Sequence record: MH051915
Direction: 5' to 3' (one strand)
Length of the DNA: 64,000 nucleotides
Source: Enterobacteria phage vB_EcoM_IME339
Positions 21,001-33,944 of the stretch are shown here, in pieces. The notes under the pieces were generated by a model. The model saw nothing but the letters and a program-made list of their open reading frames with translations. It searched no databases and had not been told where the DNA came from. A program made the translations under genes and the position numbers. How positions within the stretch are numbered: position 1 is the first letter of the stretch; every line of letters starts with the position of its first letter.

Positions 21001-21963
21001 AAATACCATAACTTCTTCATTTGGACGAATGTTTGAATTAGTCGTTATGATACGTAAACGTGCTTTACTGTCTCCGTCAAACAATCTCCACAATTTTTCA
21101 TTATCATCATACATCAAGAAACCGTCAATAGATGTACGGCCTTCAATAGAATGAGTTCCATCTTCTTGTACTGATGTAGTTTCATCGTATGTAGTAACAA
21201 TTGTATGATAAAGAGGATTTAATTTATCCAAATCGACGAAATTAATAATATCGCCGTGATTAGCAAATCTCGGAAGTTTAATATTTATCGGTGCAGCAGA
21301 AGTAAATCTACGTACGATAAAATCGTTGGATTGTGCTTGATAAGTATTCGCTGGTGTTACAATTACAGCTTCTCTACTATAATCAGCAACATACATTTGC
21401 CACAGACGATTACTAAAAATTAAAACTAACTGTGACTTTGGATGAGTCATTAGTACTGAACGTACTTGTTCGCCTCTAAAGTTTACAATACTTTGCACTG
21501 GAGCTACAATTAAAACTTGGTTAACTCCAGGTTTTCCTCCAATGTCTTGGAGAACGATAGTATCACCGTCAATTGGAGTAGATGGTAAAGTAAATGTAAT
21601 ATCATTACCAGCTGCAGTGTTAACCGAAATAGCTTCACCGGATTTTAATTGATATGAACCAGATGAAACTGTAATCCAGTTAGCATCAGTACGTAATGCT
21701 CTCCAGCGCCCGCTATTAAAAGCTCCTGCCGGTTTTGGAATATCATTTATAGCAGCCCAAAAGCGGTTATCATAAATGATTACAAAATCTTTTAAATATC
21801 CACGAGTTGGATCGTATTGTTGAACTGTGTTTTCTTGAATTAGGTAATCAACGTTAACACCGTCAGTTCCTACGGTACGATCAGCTAAAGCTACGTTGAT
21901 TATTTTATCGCCACCTGCGTCCAGACCGTCTTCTGCTCTGAACTTTCTTTTAATCTCGGCCAT
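18094..21963 (-). CDS. 34: long tail fiber proximal subunit gp34
   Basis: 1289 aa, same length as T4 gp34; internal repeated ATQ...TPKKL motifs. Confidence 0.9.
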   Translation of the reverse strand: MAEIKRKFRAEDGLDAGGDKIINVALADRTVGTDGVNVDYLIQENTVQQYDPTRGYLKDFVIIYDNRFWAAINDIPKPAGAFNSGRWRALRTDANWITVSSGSYQLKSGEAISVNTAAGNDITFTLPSTPIDGDTIVLQDIGGKPGVNQVLIVAPVQSIVNFRGEQVRSVLMTHPKSQLVLIFSNRLWQMYVADYSREAVIVTPANTYQAQSNDFIVRRFTSAAPINIKLPRFANHGDIINFVDLDKLNPLYHTIVTTYDETTSVQEDGTHSIEGRTSIDGFLMYDDNEKLWRLFDGDSKARLRIITTNSNIRPNEEVMVFGANNGITQTIELQLPTNISVGDTVKISMNYMRKGQTVKIKAAGEDKIASSVQLLQFPKRSEYPPEAEWVTVQELVFNGETNYVPVLQLAYIEDSDGKYWVVQQNVPTVERVDSLNDSTRARLGVIALATQAQANADLENSPQKELAITPETLANRTATETRRGIARIATTAQVNQNTTFSFADDIIITPKKLNERTATETRRGVAEIATQQETNAGTDDTTIITPKKLQARQGSESLSGIVTFVSTTGATPASSRELNGTNVYNKNTNNLVVSPKALDQYKATPTQQGAVILAVESEVIAGQSQEGWANAVVTPETLHKKTSTDARIGLIEIATQSEVNTGTDYTRAVTPKTLNDRIATESLSGIAEIATQVEFDAGVDDTRISTPLKIKTRFNSTDRTSVVALSGLVESGTLWDHYTLNILEANETQRGTLRVATQVEAAAGTLDNVLITPKKLLGTKSTEAQEGVIKVATQSETVAGTSANTAVSPKNLKWIVQSEPTWAATTAIRGFVKTSSGSITFVGNDTVGSTQSLELYEKNSYAVSPYELNRVLANYLPLKAKAADANLLDGLDSSQFIRRDIAQTVNGSLTLTQQTNLNAPLVSSSTATFGGSVSANSTLTISNTGTATRLIFEKGPQTGTNPVQTMTIRVWGNQFGGGSDTTRSTVFEVGDETSNHFYSQRNKAGNITFSINGTVMPINVNASGSLNANGVATFGSSVTANGEFISKSSNAFRAISGNYGFFIRNDGGSTYFMLTASGDQTGGFNGLRPLSINNASGQVTIGESLIIAKGATINSGGLTVNSRIRSQGTKTADLYTRAPTSDTVGFWSIDINDSATYNQFPGYFKMVEKTNEVTGLPYLERGEEVKSPGTLTQFGNTLDSLYQDWITYPTTPEARTTRWTRTWQKTKNSWSSFVQVFDGGNPPQPSDIGALPSDNATMGNLTIRDFLRIGNVRIIPDPVNKSVKFEWVE

Positions 21964-21997
21964 TCTCCCGGGCTCCTATTGTGTTTTCAATAATAAG

Positions 21998-22005
21998 TAT
22001 TTATA
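21998..22005 (-). promoter_or_regulatory. late promoter TATAAATA upstream of gene 34
   Basis: Plus strand reads tatttata, 35 nt upstream of the gp34 start. Confidence 0.6.
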
Positions 22006-22008
22006 CTT

Positions 22009-22038
22009 GTTTACTTTAAGATTCGGATGGTATATAAT
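22009..22038 (+). promoter_or_regulatory. T4-type early promoter upstream of rnh
   Basis: gtttac -35, 18-nt spacer, tataat -10. Confidence 0.5.
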
Positions 22039-22067
22039 AGAAATCTCACTAATTGAACGAGGTTCAT

Positions 22068-22985
22068 ATGGATTTAGAAATGATGCTGGATGAAGATTAC
22101 AAAGAAGGAATCTGCTTAATTGACTTTAGTCAAATTGCGCTTTCAACTGCTTTGGTAAACTTCCCAGATAAAGAAAAAATTAATTTATCAATGGTTCGTC
22201 ATTTGATATTGAACTCAATTAAGTTTAATGTCAAAAAAGCAAAAACTCTTGGATACACTAAAATTGTACTGTGTATCGATAACGCGAAATCTGGATACTG
22301 GCGTCGTGATTTCGCTTATTACTATAAGAAAAACCGTGGAAAAGCACGAGAAGAATCTACTTGGGACTGGGAAGGTTATTTTGAATCCAGTCATAAAGTT
22401 ATAGATGAATTGAAAGCTTATATGCCATACATCGTTATGGATATTGATAAGTATGAAGCAGATGACCATATTGCTGTTCTTGTTAAAAAGTTCTCTTTAG
22501 AAGGGCATAAGATTTTAATCATTTCATCGGATGGTGACTTTACTCAACTTCACAAATACCCAAATGTTAAGCAATGGTCACCGATGCACAAGAAATGGGT
22601 TAAAATTAAAAGCGGTTCTGCTGAAATTGACTGTATGACTAAAATCCTTAAAGGCGACAAAAAGGATAACGTTGCTTCAGTTAAAGTACGGTCTGACTTT
22701 TGGTTTACCAGAGTTGAAGGTGAACGAACTCCTTCAATGAAAACCTCTATTGTTGAAGCTATTGCTAATGACCGCGAGCAAGCTAAGGTGCTTCTCACTG
22801 AATCTGAATATAATCGGTATAAAGAAAATTTAGTTCTAATTGATTTTGATTATATTCCTGATAATATTGCTTCAAATATTGTGAATTACTATAATTCATA
22901 TAAATTACCACCGCGTGGCAAAATTTATTCATATTTTGTAAAAGCGGGTCTTTCTAAATTAACTAATAGCATTAATGAATTTTGA
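22068..22985 (+). CDS. rnh: RNase H (5-prime to 3-prime exonuclease, FEN family)
   Basis: 305 aa from MDLEMM, same length and N-terminus as T4 RNase H. Confidence 0.9.
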   Translation: MDLEMMLDEDYKEGICLIDFSQIALSTALVNFPDKEKINLSMVRHLILNSIKFNVKKAKTLGYTKIVLCIDNAKSGYWRRDFAYYYKKNRGKAREESTWDWEGYFESSHKVIDELKAYMPYIVMDIDKYEADDHIAVLVKKFSLEGHKILIISSDGDFTQLHKYPNVKQWSPMHKKWVKIKSGSAEIDCMTKILKGDKKDNVASVKVRSDFWFTRVEGERTPSMKTSIVEAIANDREQAKVLLTESEYNRYKENLVLIDFDYIPDNIASNIVNYYNSYKLPPRGKIYSYFVKAGLSKLTNSINEF

Positions 22986-22993
22986 GGTGAATA

Positions 22994-23263
22994 ATGGCTA
23001 AAAAAGAAATGGTTGAATTTGATGAAGCTATCCATGGCGAAGACTTAGCTAAATTTATTAAAGAAGCATCTGACCATAAACTGAAAATTTCCGGTTATAA
23101 TGAATTGATTAAAGACATTCGAATTCGCGCCAAAGATGAACTCGGTGTTGATGGCAAGATGTTTAATCGTCTATTAGCTTTGTATCATAAAGATAACCGT
23201 GATGTGTTTGAAGCTGAAACTGAAGAGGTAGTTGAACTTTATGACACAGTTTTCTCTAAATGA
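22994..23263 (+). CDS. dsbA: DsbA, dsDNA-binding protein enhancing late transcription
   Basis: 89 aa, same length as T4 DsbA; synteny. Confidence 0.8.
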   Translation: MAKKEMVEFDEAIHGEDLAKFIKEASDHKLKISGYNELIKDIRIRAKDELGVDGKMFNRLLALYHKDNRDVFEAETEEVVELYDTVFSK

Positions 23264-23579
23264 TATTCGTCCGGTCGATGAGACCGGTCTTTCAGAAAAA
23301 GAACTTTCAATTAAGAAAGAAAAGGATGAAATAGCAAAGCTTCTTGACCGCCAAGAAAATGGATTTATTATTGAAAAAATGGTAGAAGAGTTTGGAATGA
23401 GTTATCTTGAAGCTACAACAGCATTCTTGGAAGAAAATTCTATTCCTGAAACTCAATTTGCTAAATTTATTCCTTCGGGTATAATTGAAAAAATTCAGTC
23501 AGAAGCTATTGACGAAAATCTTTTACGTCCTTCTGTTGTTCGTTGTGAAAAAACTAATACATTAGATTTTCTACTATGA
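23241..23579 (+). CDS. 33: gp33 late transcription co-activator
   Basis: 112 aa from MTQFSLNDIRPV, same length as T4 gp33. Confidence 0.85.
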   Translation: MTQFSLNDIRPVDETGLSEKELSIKKEKDEIAKLLDRQENGFIIEKMVEEFGMSYLEATTAFLEENSIPETQFAKFIPSGIIEKIQSEAIDENLLRPSVVRCEKTNTLDFLL

Positions 23580-24229
23580 TTAAACTCCGCATGCCTGCTG
23601 GTGGTGAAAGATACATTGATGGTAAATCAGTTTATAAATTATACTTAATGATAAAACAACATATGAATGGAAAGTATGATGTAATTAAGTATAATTGGTG
23701 CATGCGGGTGTCTGATGCCGCTTATCAAAAGCGAAGGGATAAGTATTTTTTCCAGAAGTTATCAGAAAAATATAAATTAAAGGAACTTGCTTTAATTTTT
23801 ATAAGTAATTTGGTTGCTAACCAAGATGCTTGGATTGGTGACATCTCTGACGCTGATGCACTTGTGTTTTATCGTGAATATATCGGACGCTTAAAGCAAA
23901 TTAAATTTAAGTTTGAAGAAGATATTCGCAACATTTATTATTTTAGTAAAAAAGTTGAAGTTTCTGCTTTTAAAGAAATCTTTGATTATAATCCAAAAGT
24001 TCAATCAAGTTATATTTTTAAACTACTTCAATCGAATATAATTTCGTTTGAAACGTTTATCTTGCTTGATTCGTTTTTAAATATAATCGATAAACATGAT
24101 GAACAGACTGATAATTTAGTCTGGAATAATTATTCTATAAAGTTAAAGGCTTATAGAAAAATTTTAAATATTGACTCACAGAAAGCTAAAAGTGTTTTTA
24201 TTGAAACTGTGAAATCTTGCAAGTATTAA
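23576..24229 (+). CDS. 59: gp59 helicase loader
   Basis: 217 aa, same length as T4 gp59; synteny. Confidence 0.9.
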   Translation: MIKLRMPAGGERYIDGKSVYKLYLMIKQHMNGKYDVIKYNWCMRVSDAAYQKRRDKYFFQKLSEKYKLKELALIFISNLVANQDAWIGDISDADALVFYREYIGRLKQIKFKFEEDIRNIYYFSKKVEVSAFKEIFDYNPKVQSSYIFKLLQSNIISFETFILLDSFLNIIDKHDEQTDNLVWNNYSIKLKAYRKILNIDSQKAKSVFIETVKSCKY

Positions 24230-24230
24230 T

Positions 24231-24328
24231 TGCTTATTATAAATAGATTATAATTATCTCACTGACCAGCTATGAGGTCATACATCGTCATAGCACCAAC
24301 TGTTAATTAAATTAAAAAGGAAATAAAA
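24231..24328 (+). promoter_or_regulatory. gene 32 control region: MotA box plus -10 (middle promoter), overlapping TATAAATA late promoter, and AU-rich 5-prime leader matching the gp32 autoregulatory translational operator
   Basis: tgctta at 24231..24236, tataaata at 24238..24245, tataat at 24249..24254, leader ...uuaauuaaauuaaaaaggaaauaaaaAUG. Confidence 0.65.
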
Positions 24329-25237
24329 ATGTTTAAACGTAAATCTACTGCTGAACTCGCTGCACAAATGGCTAAACTGGCTGGAAATAAAGGTGGTTTT
24401 TCTTCTGAAGATAAAGGCGAGTGGAAACTGAAACTCGACAATGCGGGTAACGGTCAAGCAGTAATTCGTTTTCTTCCGTCTAAAAATGATGAACAAGCAC
24501 CATTCGCAATTCTTGTAAATCATGGTTTCAAGAAAAATGGTAAATGGTATATTGAAAACTGTTCATCTACCCACGGTGATTACGATTCTTGTCCAGTATG
24601 TCAGTACATCAGTAAAAATGATTTGTATAACACTGACAATAAAGAGTACGGTCTTGTTAAACGTAAAACTTCTTACTGGGCTAACATTCTTGTTGTAAAA
24701 GACCCAGCTGCTCCAGAAAATGAAGGTAAAGTATTTAAATATCGTTTCGGTAAGAAAATCTGGGATAAAATCAATGCAATGATTGCAGTTGATGTTGAAA
24801 TGGGTGAAACTCCGGTTGATGTAACTTGTCCGTGGGAAGGTGCTAACTTTGTACTGAAAGTTAAACAAGTTTCTGGTTTTAGTAACTACGACGAATCTAA
24901 ATTCCTGAATCAATCTGCGATTCCAAACATTGATGATGAATCTTTCCAGAAAGAATTGTTCGAACAAATGGTTGACCTTTCTGAAATGACTTCTAAAGAT
25001 AAATTCAAATCGTTTGAAGAACTGAGCACTAAGTTCAGTCAAGTTATGGGAACTGCTGCTATGGGTGGTGCCGCAGCGACTGCCGCTAAGAAAGCTGATA
25101 AAGTTGCTGATGATTTGGATGCATTCAATGTTGATGACTTCAAAACAAAAACTGAAGATGATTTTATGAGCTCAAGCTCTGGCAGTTCATCTAGTGCTGA
25201 TGACACGGACCTGGATGACCTTTTGAATGACCTTTAA
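24329..25237 (+). CDS. 32: gp32 single-stranded DNA-binding protein
   Basis: Same length as T4 gp32 (301 aa) with acidic Ser/Asp-rich C-terminal tail; sequence matches my recall of T4 gp32. Confidence 0.95.
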   Translation: MFKRKSTAELAAQMAKLAGNKGGFSSEDKGEWKLKLDNAGNGQAVIRFLPSKNDEQAPFAILVNHGFKKNGKWYIENCSSTHGDYDSCPVCQYISKNDLYNTDNKEYGLVKRKTSYWANILVVKDPAAPENEGKVFKYRFGKKIWDKINAMIAVDVEMGETPVDVTCPWEGANFVLKVKQVSGFSNYDESKFLNQSAIPNIDDESFQKELFEQMVDLSEMTSKDKFKSFEELSTKFSQVMGTAAMGGAAATAAKKADKVADDLDAFNVDDFKTKTEDDFMSSSSGSSSSADDTDLDDLLNDL

Positions 25238-25259
25238 TAGATTATATTACTAATTAATT

Positions 25260-25285
25260 GGGGACCCTAGAGGTCCCCTTTTTTA
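25260..25285 (+). terminator. rho-independent terminator after gene 32
   Basis: ggggaccctagaggtcccc then ttttttt. Confidence 0.7.
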
Positions 25286-25309
25286 TTTCAAAAATTTTTT
25301 CACAAAACT

Positions 25310-25339
25310 GTTTACAAGCATAAAGCTTTATGGTACTAT
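25310..25339 (+). promoter_or_regulatory. T4-type early promoter
   Basis: gtttacaagcataaagctttatggtactat; leading block identical to 8059..8088. Confidence 0.55.
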
Positions 25340-25385
25340 ACAACTATCGGCAATACTGCTGATGATGATTAAAGAGGAAAATAAC

Positions 25386-25613
25386 ATGGCTAAAATTGAT
25401 ATTGATGTTGTTGATTTTGAATATATTGAAGAAATTATTCGTAATCGTTATCCTGAACTCCGTATTACAAGCGCACTAAATGACCCCAATTGCAATGTTT
25501 CAGTTGTTATTGAAGGTCCTTTAAATCGTCTTAAACAGTTTATGGTTAATGAATACTGTGATGGTATGGATGCTGAAGATGTAGAATTTTACACAGGATT
25601 TATTGAGCAGTAA
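25386..25613 (+). CDS. hypothetical protein (75 aa), frd.x region
   Basis: GAGGAAAA SD then ATG; internal start of table ORF 25362..25613. Confidence 0.45.
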   Translation: MAKIDIDVVDFEYIEEIIRNRYPELRITSALNDPNCNVSVVIEGPLNRLKQFMVNEYCDGMDAEDVEFYTGFIEQ

Positions 25614-25657
25614 TTATCAAGGGGCTATCAAGCCCCTATTAAAATGAGGAAAACGCA

Positions 25658-26020
25658 ATGTATACTGGTAGAAAATATGAACTTGTTCCAAGACTTATTG
25701 ATACATTTATTAATTATCGCCCGCGTTCTAATTCATTAATAGTTAAAATTATTCAAGAAAATGGCGGATGGTTTGAAGTTAAAGAAGCTTTCTTTGCTGA
25801 TGGATTTAGAGTAATAAAACACATTGAATGCGCAAATGGAAAGCATTTTTACTTCAACGTCTGTGAAGACGAATTTCATTGTTTTCGTGAGTATAAAGAA
25901 CCGACTTCTGAAGATGAAGTCGAAGACAAGGTTTCTGGCGTAACAAAAATTCACTGCATTGTTGACGAAAACAATGTAGATGAAATCATTGAACTTTTAC
26001 GAAAAACTTTCAAAAAGTAG
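25658..26020 (+). CDS. hypothetical protein (120 aa)
   Basis: ORF with SD. Confidence 0.5.
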   Translation: MYTGRKYELVPRLIDTFINYRPRSNSLIVKIIQENGGWFEVKEAFFADGFRVIKHIECANGKHFYFNVCEDEFHCFREYKEPTSEDEVEDKVSGVTKIHCIVDENNVDEIIELLRKTFKK

Positions 26021-26074
26021 TTTACAGTAGGGTAGTAGTGTGATACTATTACCCTATCAACTAAGGAGAATAAA

Positions 26075-26317
26075 ATGAGATTACAACGTCAGAGCATTAA
26101 AGATTCAGAAGTTAGGGGTAAATGGTATTTTAATATCATCGGTAAAGATTCTGAACTCGTTGAAAAAGCTGAACGTCTTTTGCGTGATATGGGATGGGAA
26201 GATGAATGCGATGGATGTCCTCTTTATGAAGATGGAGAAAGCGCAGGATTCTGGATTTACCATTCTGATGTTGATCAGTTTAAAGCTGATTGGAAAACTG
26301 TGAAAAAGTCTGTTTAA
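26075..26317 (+). CDS. hypothetical protein (80 aa)
   Basis: ORF downstream of an early promoter-like block at 26021..26060. Confidence 0.5.
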   Translation: MRLQRQSIKDSEVRGKWYFNIIGKDSELVEKAERLLRDMGWEDECDGCPLYEDGESAGFWIYHSDVDQFKADWKTVKKSV

Positions 26318-26327
26318 GGAAAATAAT

Positions 26328-27359
<1,032 letters not shown>

Positions 27360-27360
<1 letters not shown>

Positions 27361-28220
27361 TGAAACAATACCAATTTTTAATTAAAGATATCCTGGAAAA
27401 CGGTTATGAAACCGATGACCGAACAGGCACAGGAACAATTGCTTTGTTCGGTACTAAATTACGCTGGGATTTAACTAAAGGTTTTCCTGCAGTAACGACT
27501 AAGAAGCTTGCCTGGAAAGCTTGCATTGCTGAGCTCCTTTGGTTTTTATCAGGAAGCACAAATGTTAATGATTTACGATTAATTCAACACGATTCATTAA
27601 TTCAAGGCAAAACAGTCTGGGATGAAAATTACGAAAATCAAGCAAAAGATTTAGGATATCATAGCGGTGAACTTGGTCCAATTTATGGAAAACAGTGGCG
27701 TGATTTTGGCGGTGTAGACCAAATTGTAGAAGTTGTTGATCGTATTAAAAAACTGCCAAATGATAGACGTCAAATTGTTTCAGCATGGAATCCGGCAGAA
27801 CTCAAGCAGATGGCATTGCCACCTTGTCATATGTTCTATCAGTTTAATGTGCGTAATGGCTATTTGGATTTGCAGTGGTATCAACGTTCGGTAGATGTTT
27901 TCCTCGGTCTTCCATTTAATATTGCATCATATGCTACGTTAGTTCATATTGTAGCTAAGATGTGTAATCTTATTCCAGGAGATTTGATATTTTCTGGTGG
28001 TAATACTCATATCTATATGAATCACGTAGAACAATGTAAAGAAATTTTACGTCGTGAACCTATGGATTTATGTGAATTACAATTAAAATTTCCAGATGAA
28101 TTTGATGAATGGGGCACAGAATCTCAGGTATTTTGGTTGAGTCAATTCGCAAAGCCACATAATTTTGTTCTTAACAACTATGTATCTCATCCGCCAATTA
28201 AAGGAAAGATGGCGGTGTAA
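27360..28220 (+). CDS. td: thymidylate synthase, uninterrupted (no group I intron)
   Basis: 286 aa from MKQYQ; one continuous frame where T4 carries the intron. Confidence 0.9.
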
Positions 28221-28231
28221 TTTTAATTTAA

Positions 28232-28507
28232 TTGAGAGGATATATGATTTTACGATTTAAGGATACTTCTGGTGTCGTTCTTTTTACACTTCCTAATCCA
28301 AGTGAACTGGAAGTTCCAGGGCCAGAACAGCCTATTATCATTTATGGCAAAAAATATTATACTCATAAAATGACTCGTGAGTATTTTGATAATAAAATTT
28401 CTACAGTTAAAACTTCTTCTGATTGTTATTATGATATTACTGTTTTAACGGAAAAACAATATGACGAACTATTACCACGCGGGCCGTCTATGCCGGGTAG
28501 TGAATAA
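28232..28507 (+). CDS. hypothetical protein (91 aa)
   Basis: ORF with SD. Confidence 0.45.
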   Translation: MRGYMILRFKDTSGVVLFTLPNPSELEVPGPEQPIIIYGKKYYTHKMTREYFDNKISTVKTSSDCYYDITVLTEKQYDELLPRGPSMPGSE

Positions 28508-28787
28508 ATATAAATCCGACTTTGATGTTAATATTCACCGTGGTACATTTTGGGGAAATTACGTCGGTAAAGATGCTGGCAGCCGGGAGGCTGCCATTGA
28601 ATTATTCAAAAAAGATTTTATACGTCGAATTAAATCCGGAGAAATAACTAAAGCACATTTAGAGCCTTTACGTGGAATGAGGCTAGGATGCACATGTAAA
28701 CCAAAGCCGTGTCATGGTGATATAATAGCTCATATAGTTAACCGATTGTTTAAAGACGATTTTCAAGTTGAGGACTTATGCAATTAA
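28461..28787 (+). CDS. hypothetical protein (108 aa) with Cys/His motif
   Basis: [12 protein letters not shown] motif; ORF overlaps neighbours. Confidence 0.45.
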   Translation: MTNYYHAGRLCRVVNKYKSDFDVNIHRGTFWGNYVGKDAGSREAAIELFKKDFIRRIKSGEITKAHLEPLRGMRLGCTCKPKPCHGDIIAHIVNRLFKDDFQVEDLCN

Positions 28788-31042
28788 TTAATGTTATCAA
28801 AAGTAGTGGTGTTTCTCAGAGCTTTGACCCGCAAAAAATTATTAAAGTTTTATCTTGGGCAGCTGAAGGAACATCTGTAGATCCTTATGAATTATATGAA
28901 AATATTAAATCATATCTCCGTGATGGAATGACAACTGATGACATTCAGACTATTGTCATTAAGGCTGCTGCGAATTCTATTTCAGTTGAAGAGCCTGATT
29001 ATCAATATGTAGCTGCACGCTGTTTAATGTTCGCTCTTCGTAAGCATGTTTATGGGCAGTATGAACCACGTTCATTTATTGATCATATTTCTTACTGTGT
29101 AAATGAAGGTAAATACGACCCTGAATTGTTGTCAAAATATTCTGCCGAAGAAATTACATTTTTAGAATCAAAAATTAAGCATGAGCGGGATATGGAATTT
29201 ACTTATTCCGGGGCGATGCAATTAAAAGAAAAATATCTAGTTAAAGATAAAACCACTGGTCAAATTTATGAAACTCCACAGTTTGCATTTATGACTATTG
29301 GAATGGCATTGCATCAAGATGAACCTGTTGATAGATTAAAACACGTTATCCGTTTTTATGAAGCAGTATCTACTCGACAGATTTCATTGCCAACTCCTAT
29401 TATGGCTGGTTGTCGTACTCCAACTCGACAGTTTAGTTCATGCGTTGTTATTGAAGCAGGTGATTCGCTGAAGTCTATCAATAAGGCTTCTGCTTCAATT
29501 GTTGAGTATATTTCTAAACGAGCTGGAATTGGCATTAACGTTGGTATGATTCGTGCTGAAGGTTCTAAGATTGGCACAGGTGAAGTGCGTCATACTGGCG
29601 TTATTCCTTTTTGGAAACATTTTCAGACTGCTGTTAAATCATGTTCACAAGGCGGAATTCGTGGCGGCGCTGCTACTGCTTATTATCCTATTTGGCATTT
29701 GGAAGTTGAAAATCTTCTCGTTTTGAAAAATAATAAAGGTGTAGAAGAAAACCGTATCCGTCATATGGATTATGGTGTTCAGCTGAATGATTTGATGATG
29801 GAACGATTCGGAAAGAACGATTACATTACTTTATTCAGTCCGCATGAAATGGGTGGCGAGCTTTATTATTCTTATTTTAAAGACCAAGACCGTTTCCGCG
29901 AATTATACGAAGCAGCAGAAAAAGACCCTAATATTCGCAAAAAGCGTATTAAAGCCCGTGAACTATTTGAATTACTTATGACTGAACGCTCAGGAACAGC
30001 AAGGATTTATGTACAGTTCATTGATAATACGAATAACTATACTCCATTTATTCGTGAAAAGGCACCTATTCGTCAGAGTAACTTGTGCTGTGAAATTGCT
30101 ATTCCAACAAATGATGTGAATAGTCCTGATGCCGAAATTGGATTGTGTACGTTATCTGCATTTGTGTTAGATAACTTCGATTGGCAAGACCAAGATAAAA
30201 TTAATGAATTAGCAGAAGTCCAAGTTCGTGCTCTTGATAATCTTTTGGATTACCAAGGATATCCAGTTCCTGAAGCAGAAAAGGCTAAAAAGCGTCGAAA
30301 TCTTGGTGTAGGTGTTACTAACTATGCAGCTTGGTTGGCAAGTAACTTTGCTTCTTATGAAGATGCTAACGATTTAACACATGAACTATTTGAGAGATTA
30401 CAGTATGGACTCATTAAAGCATCCATTAAGCTCGCCAAAGAAAAAGGACCTTGCGAATATTATTCAGACACTCGTTGGTCTCGAGGCGAATTACCTATCG
30501 ACTGGTACAATAAAAAGATTGACCAAATCGCAGCTCCAAAATACGTTTGTGACTGGTCGGCGCTGCGGGAAGACCTTAAGCTCTTTGGCATCCGTAATAG
30601 CACATTATCAGCACTTATGCCATGTGAGTCATCTTCCCAAGTTTCTAACAGTACAAACGGTATCGAGCCTCCACGTGGACCAGTCTCTGTTAAAGAGTCA
30701 AAAGAGGGTTCCTTTAATCAAGTCGTGCCCAATATTGAACATAACATAGACCTCTATGATTATACGTGGAAATTAGCTAAGAAAGGTAATAAACCTTATC
30801 TTACGCAGGTAGCTATTATGCTGAAATGGGTATGTCAATCAGCTTCAGCGAATACATATTATGACCCGCAGATTTTTCCAAAAGGAAAGGTTCCAATGTC
30901 AATAATGATTGATGACCTTTTGTACTTTTGGTATTTTGGCGGAAAAAATTTCTATTATCATAATACCCGCGATGGTTCTGGTACTGATGATTATGAAATA
31001 GAAACTCCAAAAGCTGAAGATTGTTCATCCTGTAAATTATGA
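28778..31042 (+). CDS. nrdA: aerobic ribonucleotide reductase large subunit
   Basis: 754 aa, same length as T4 NrdA; N-terminal ATP-cone. Confidence 0.9.
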   Translation: MQLINVIKSSGVSQSFDPQKIIKVLSWAAEGTSVDPYELYENIKSYLRDGMTTDDIQTIVIKAAANSISVEEPDYQYVAARCLMFALRKHVYGQYEPRSFIDHISYCVNEGKYDPELLSKYSAEEITFLESKIKHERDMEFTYSGAMQLKEKYLVKDKTTGQIYETPQFAFMTIGMALHQDEPVDRLKHVIRFYEAVSTRQISLPTPIMAGCRTPTRQFSSCVVIEAGDSLKSINKASASIVEYISKRAGIGINVGMIRAEGSKIGTGEVRHTGVIPFWKHFQTAVKSCSQGGIRGGAATAYYPIWHLEVENLLVLKNNKGVEENRIRHMDYGVQLNDLMMERFGKNDYITLFSPHEMGGELYYSYFKDQDRFRELYEAAEKDPNIRKKRIKARELFELLMTERSGTARIYVQFIDNTNNYTPFIREKAPIRQSNLCCEIAIPTNDVNSPDAEIGLCTLSAFVLDNFDWQDQDKINELAEVQVRALDNLLDYQGYPVPEAEKAKKRRNLGVGVTNYAAWLASNFASYEDANDLTHELFERLQYGLIKASIKLAKEKGPCEYYSDTRWSRGELPIDWYNKKIDQIAAPKYVCDWSALREDLKLFGIRNSTLSALMPCESSSQVSNSTNGIEPPRGPVSVKESKEGSFNQVVPNIEHNIDLYDYTWKLAKKGNKPYLTQVAIMLKWVCQSASANTYYDPQIFPKGKVPMSIMIDDLLYFWYFGGKNFYYHNTRDGSGTDDYEIETPKAEDCSSCKL

Positions 31043-31093
31043 TATAATTTGACTCACGGACGAGTCACTATCTATTAACTAAGCGGAAAATTT

Positions 31094-32272
31094 ATGAGCA
31101 CAGTTTTTAATACAAATCCAGTTGATGTTTTAAAAGAACCTATGTTCTTCGGTTCAGGTCTTGGTATTGCACGTTATGATATTCAACGCCATAAAGTTTT
31201 TGAAGATTTAACCGAAAAGCAATTGTCATTTTTCTGGCGTCCTGAAGAAGTAAACTTGATGATGGATGCTGCACAATTTAACAAGCTTCCTCAATATCAG
31301 CAAGATATTTTTACTAATAACCTGAAGTATCAATCACTTTTGGATAGCATTCAGGGTCGTGCGCCGTCTGCTGTACTTATATCATTAATTTCAGACCCAA
31401 GTCTTGATACATGGGTTGCTACATGGACTTTTAGTGAAACTATTCACAGCCGTTCATATACTCATATCATGCGAAATCTTTATACTGATCCGTCAAAGGT
31501 ATTTGATGAGATTGTACTAGATAAAGCTATTATGAAACGTGCTGAGTCCATTGGTCGCTATTACGATGATGTTCTTAAGAAGACCCGTGAATGGGAAAAT
31601 GCTAAAGAATTTGTAGAACTAGCTAAAGAATCTCCTGATGCTGATTTTCGTTTAAATCGAGCTATTAAACAAGAAGCCGAAGCTAAACGAGCACTAATGA
31701 AATCTCTTTACCTCTGCCTGCATGTAATCAACGCATTGGAAGCTATTCGTTTTTATGTATCTTTCGCATGTACCTTTAACTTCCATAAGAACATGGAAAT
31801 CATGGAAGGTAATGCCAAGATTATGAAGTTCATTGCTCGTGATGAACAGCTACACCTTAAAGGCACCCAATATATTATTCGTCAACTTCAGCTTGGCACT
31901 GATGGTGATGAATGGGTTAAAATCGCCCAAGAGTGTGAACAAGAAGCAGTTGATATTTTCATGGAAGTTAACCGTCAAGAAAAAGACTGGGCAGTTCATT
32001 TATTTAAAGATGGCGATGTTCCTGGATTAAATACAAATAGCATGTGGAGCTTTATTGATTACTTAACTGTATCTCGTATGAAACAGTGCGGTCTTCCATG
32101 CCCAATTACTGATGCTCCGGTTAAACATCCGTATCCTTGGATTCGTGAATATCTTAATTCTGATAATGTTCAATCAGCGCCACAAGAAGTAGAACTGTCA
32201 TCTTACCTTGTTGCACAGATTGATAATGATGTTGATGATAAAGTTATGATGAGTTTTAAAAAATATTTTTAA
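31094..32272 (+). CDS. nrdB: aerobic ribonucleotide reductase small subunit, uninterrupted (no intron)
   Basis: 392 aa continuous frame; only about 50 bp between nrdA and nrdB. Confidence 0.9.
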   Translation: MSTVFNTNPVDVLKEPMFFGSGLGIARYDIQRHKVFEDLTEKQLSFFWRPEEVNLMMDAAQFNKLPQYQQDIFTNNLKYQSLLDSIQGRAPSAVLISLISDPSLDTWVATWTFSETIHSRSYTHIMRNLYTDPSKVFDEIVLDKAIMKRAESIGRYYDDVLKKTREWENAKEFVELAKESPDADFRLNRAIKQEAEAKRALMKSLYLCLHVINALEAIRFYVSFACTFNFHKNMEIMEGNAKIMKFIARDEQLHLKGTQYIIRQLQLGTDGDEWVKIAQECEQEAVDIFMEVNRQEKDWAVHLFKDGDVPGLNTNSMWSFIDYLTVSRMKQCGLPCPITDAPVKHPYPWIREYLNSDNVQSAPQEVELSSYLVAQIDNDVDDKVMMSFKKYF

Positions 32273-32299
32273 GGAGTGGGCCGCAAGGCCCATTTTATT

Positions 32300-33887
<1,588 letters not shown>

Positions 33888-33890
33888 GCT

Positions 33891-33944
33891 GTTTACAAGT
33901 CCCTCGTGTTGTGTTATAGTAATTTTACTGACATAACATGAGGA
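33891..33944 (+). promoter_or_regulatory. early promoter-like element, copy 1 of a 54-nt exact repeat
   Basis: gtttacaagtccctcgtgttgtgttatagtaattttactgacataacatgagga, identical to 49669..49722. Confidence 0.5.
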
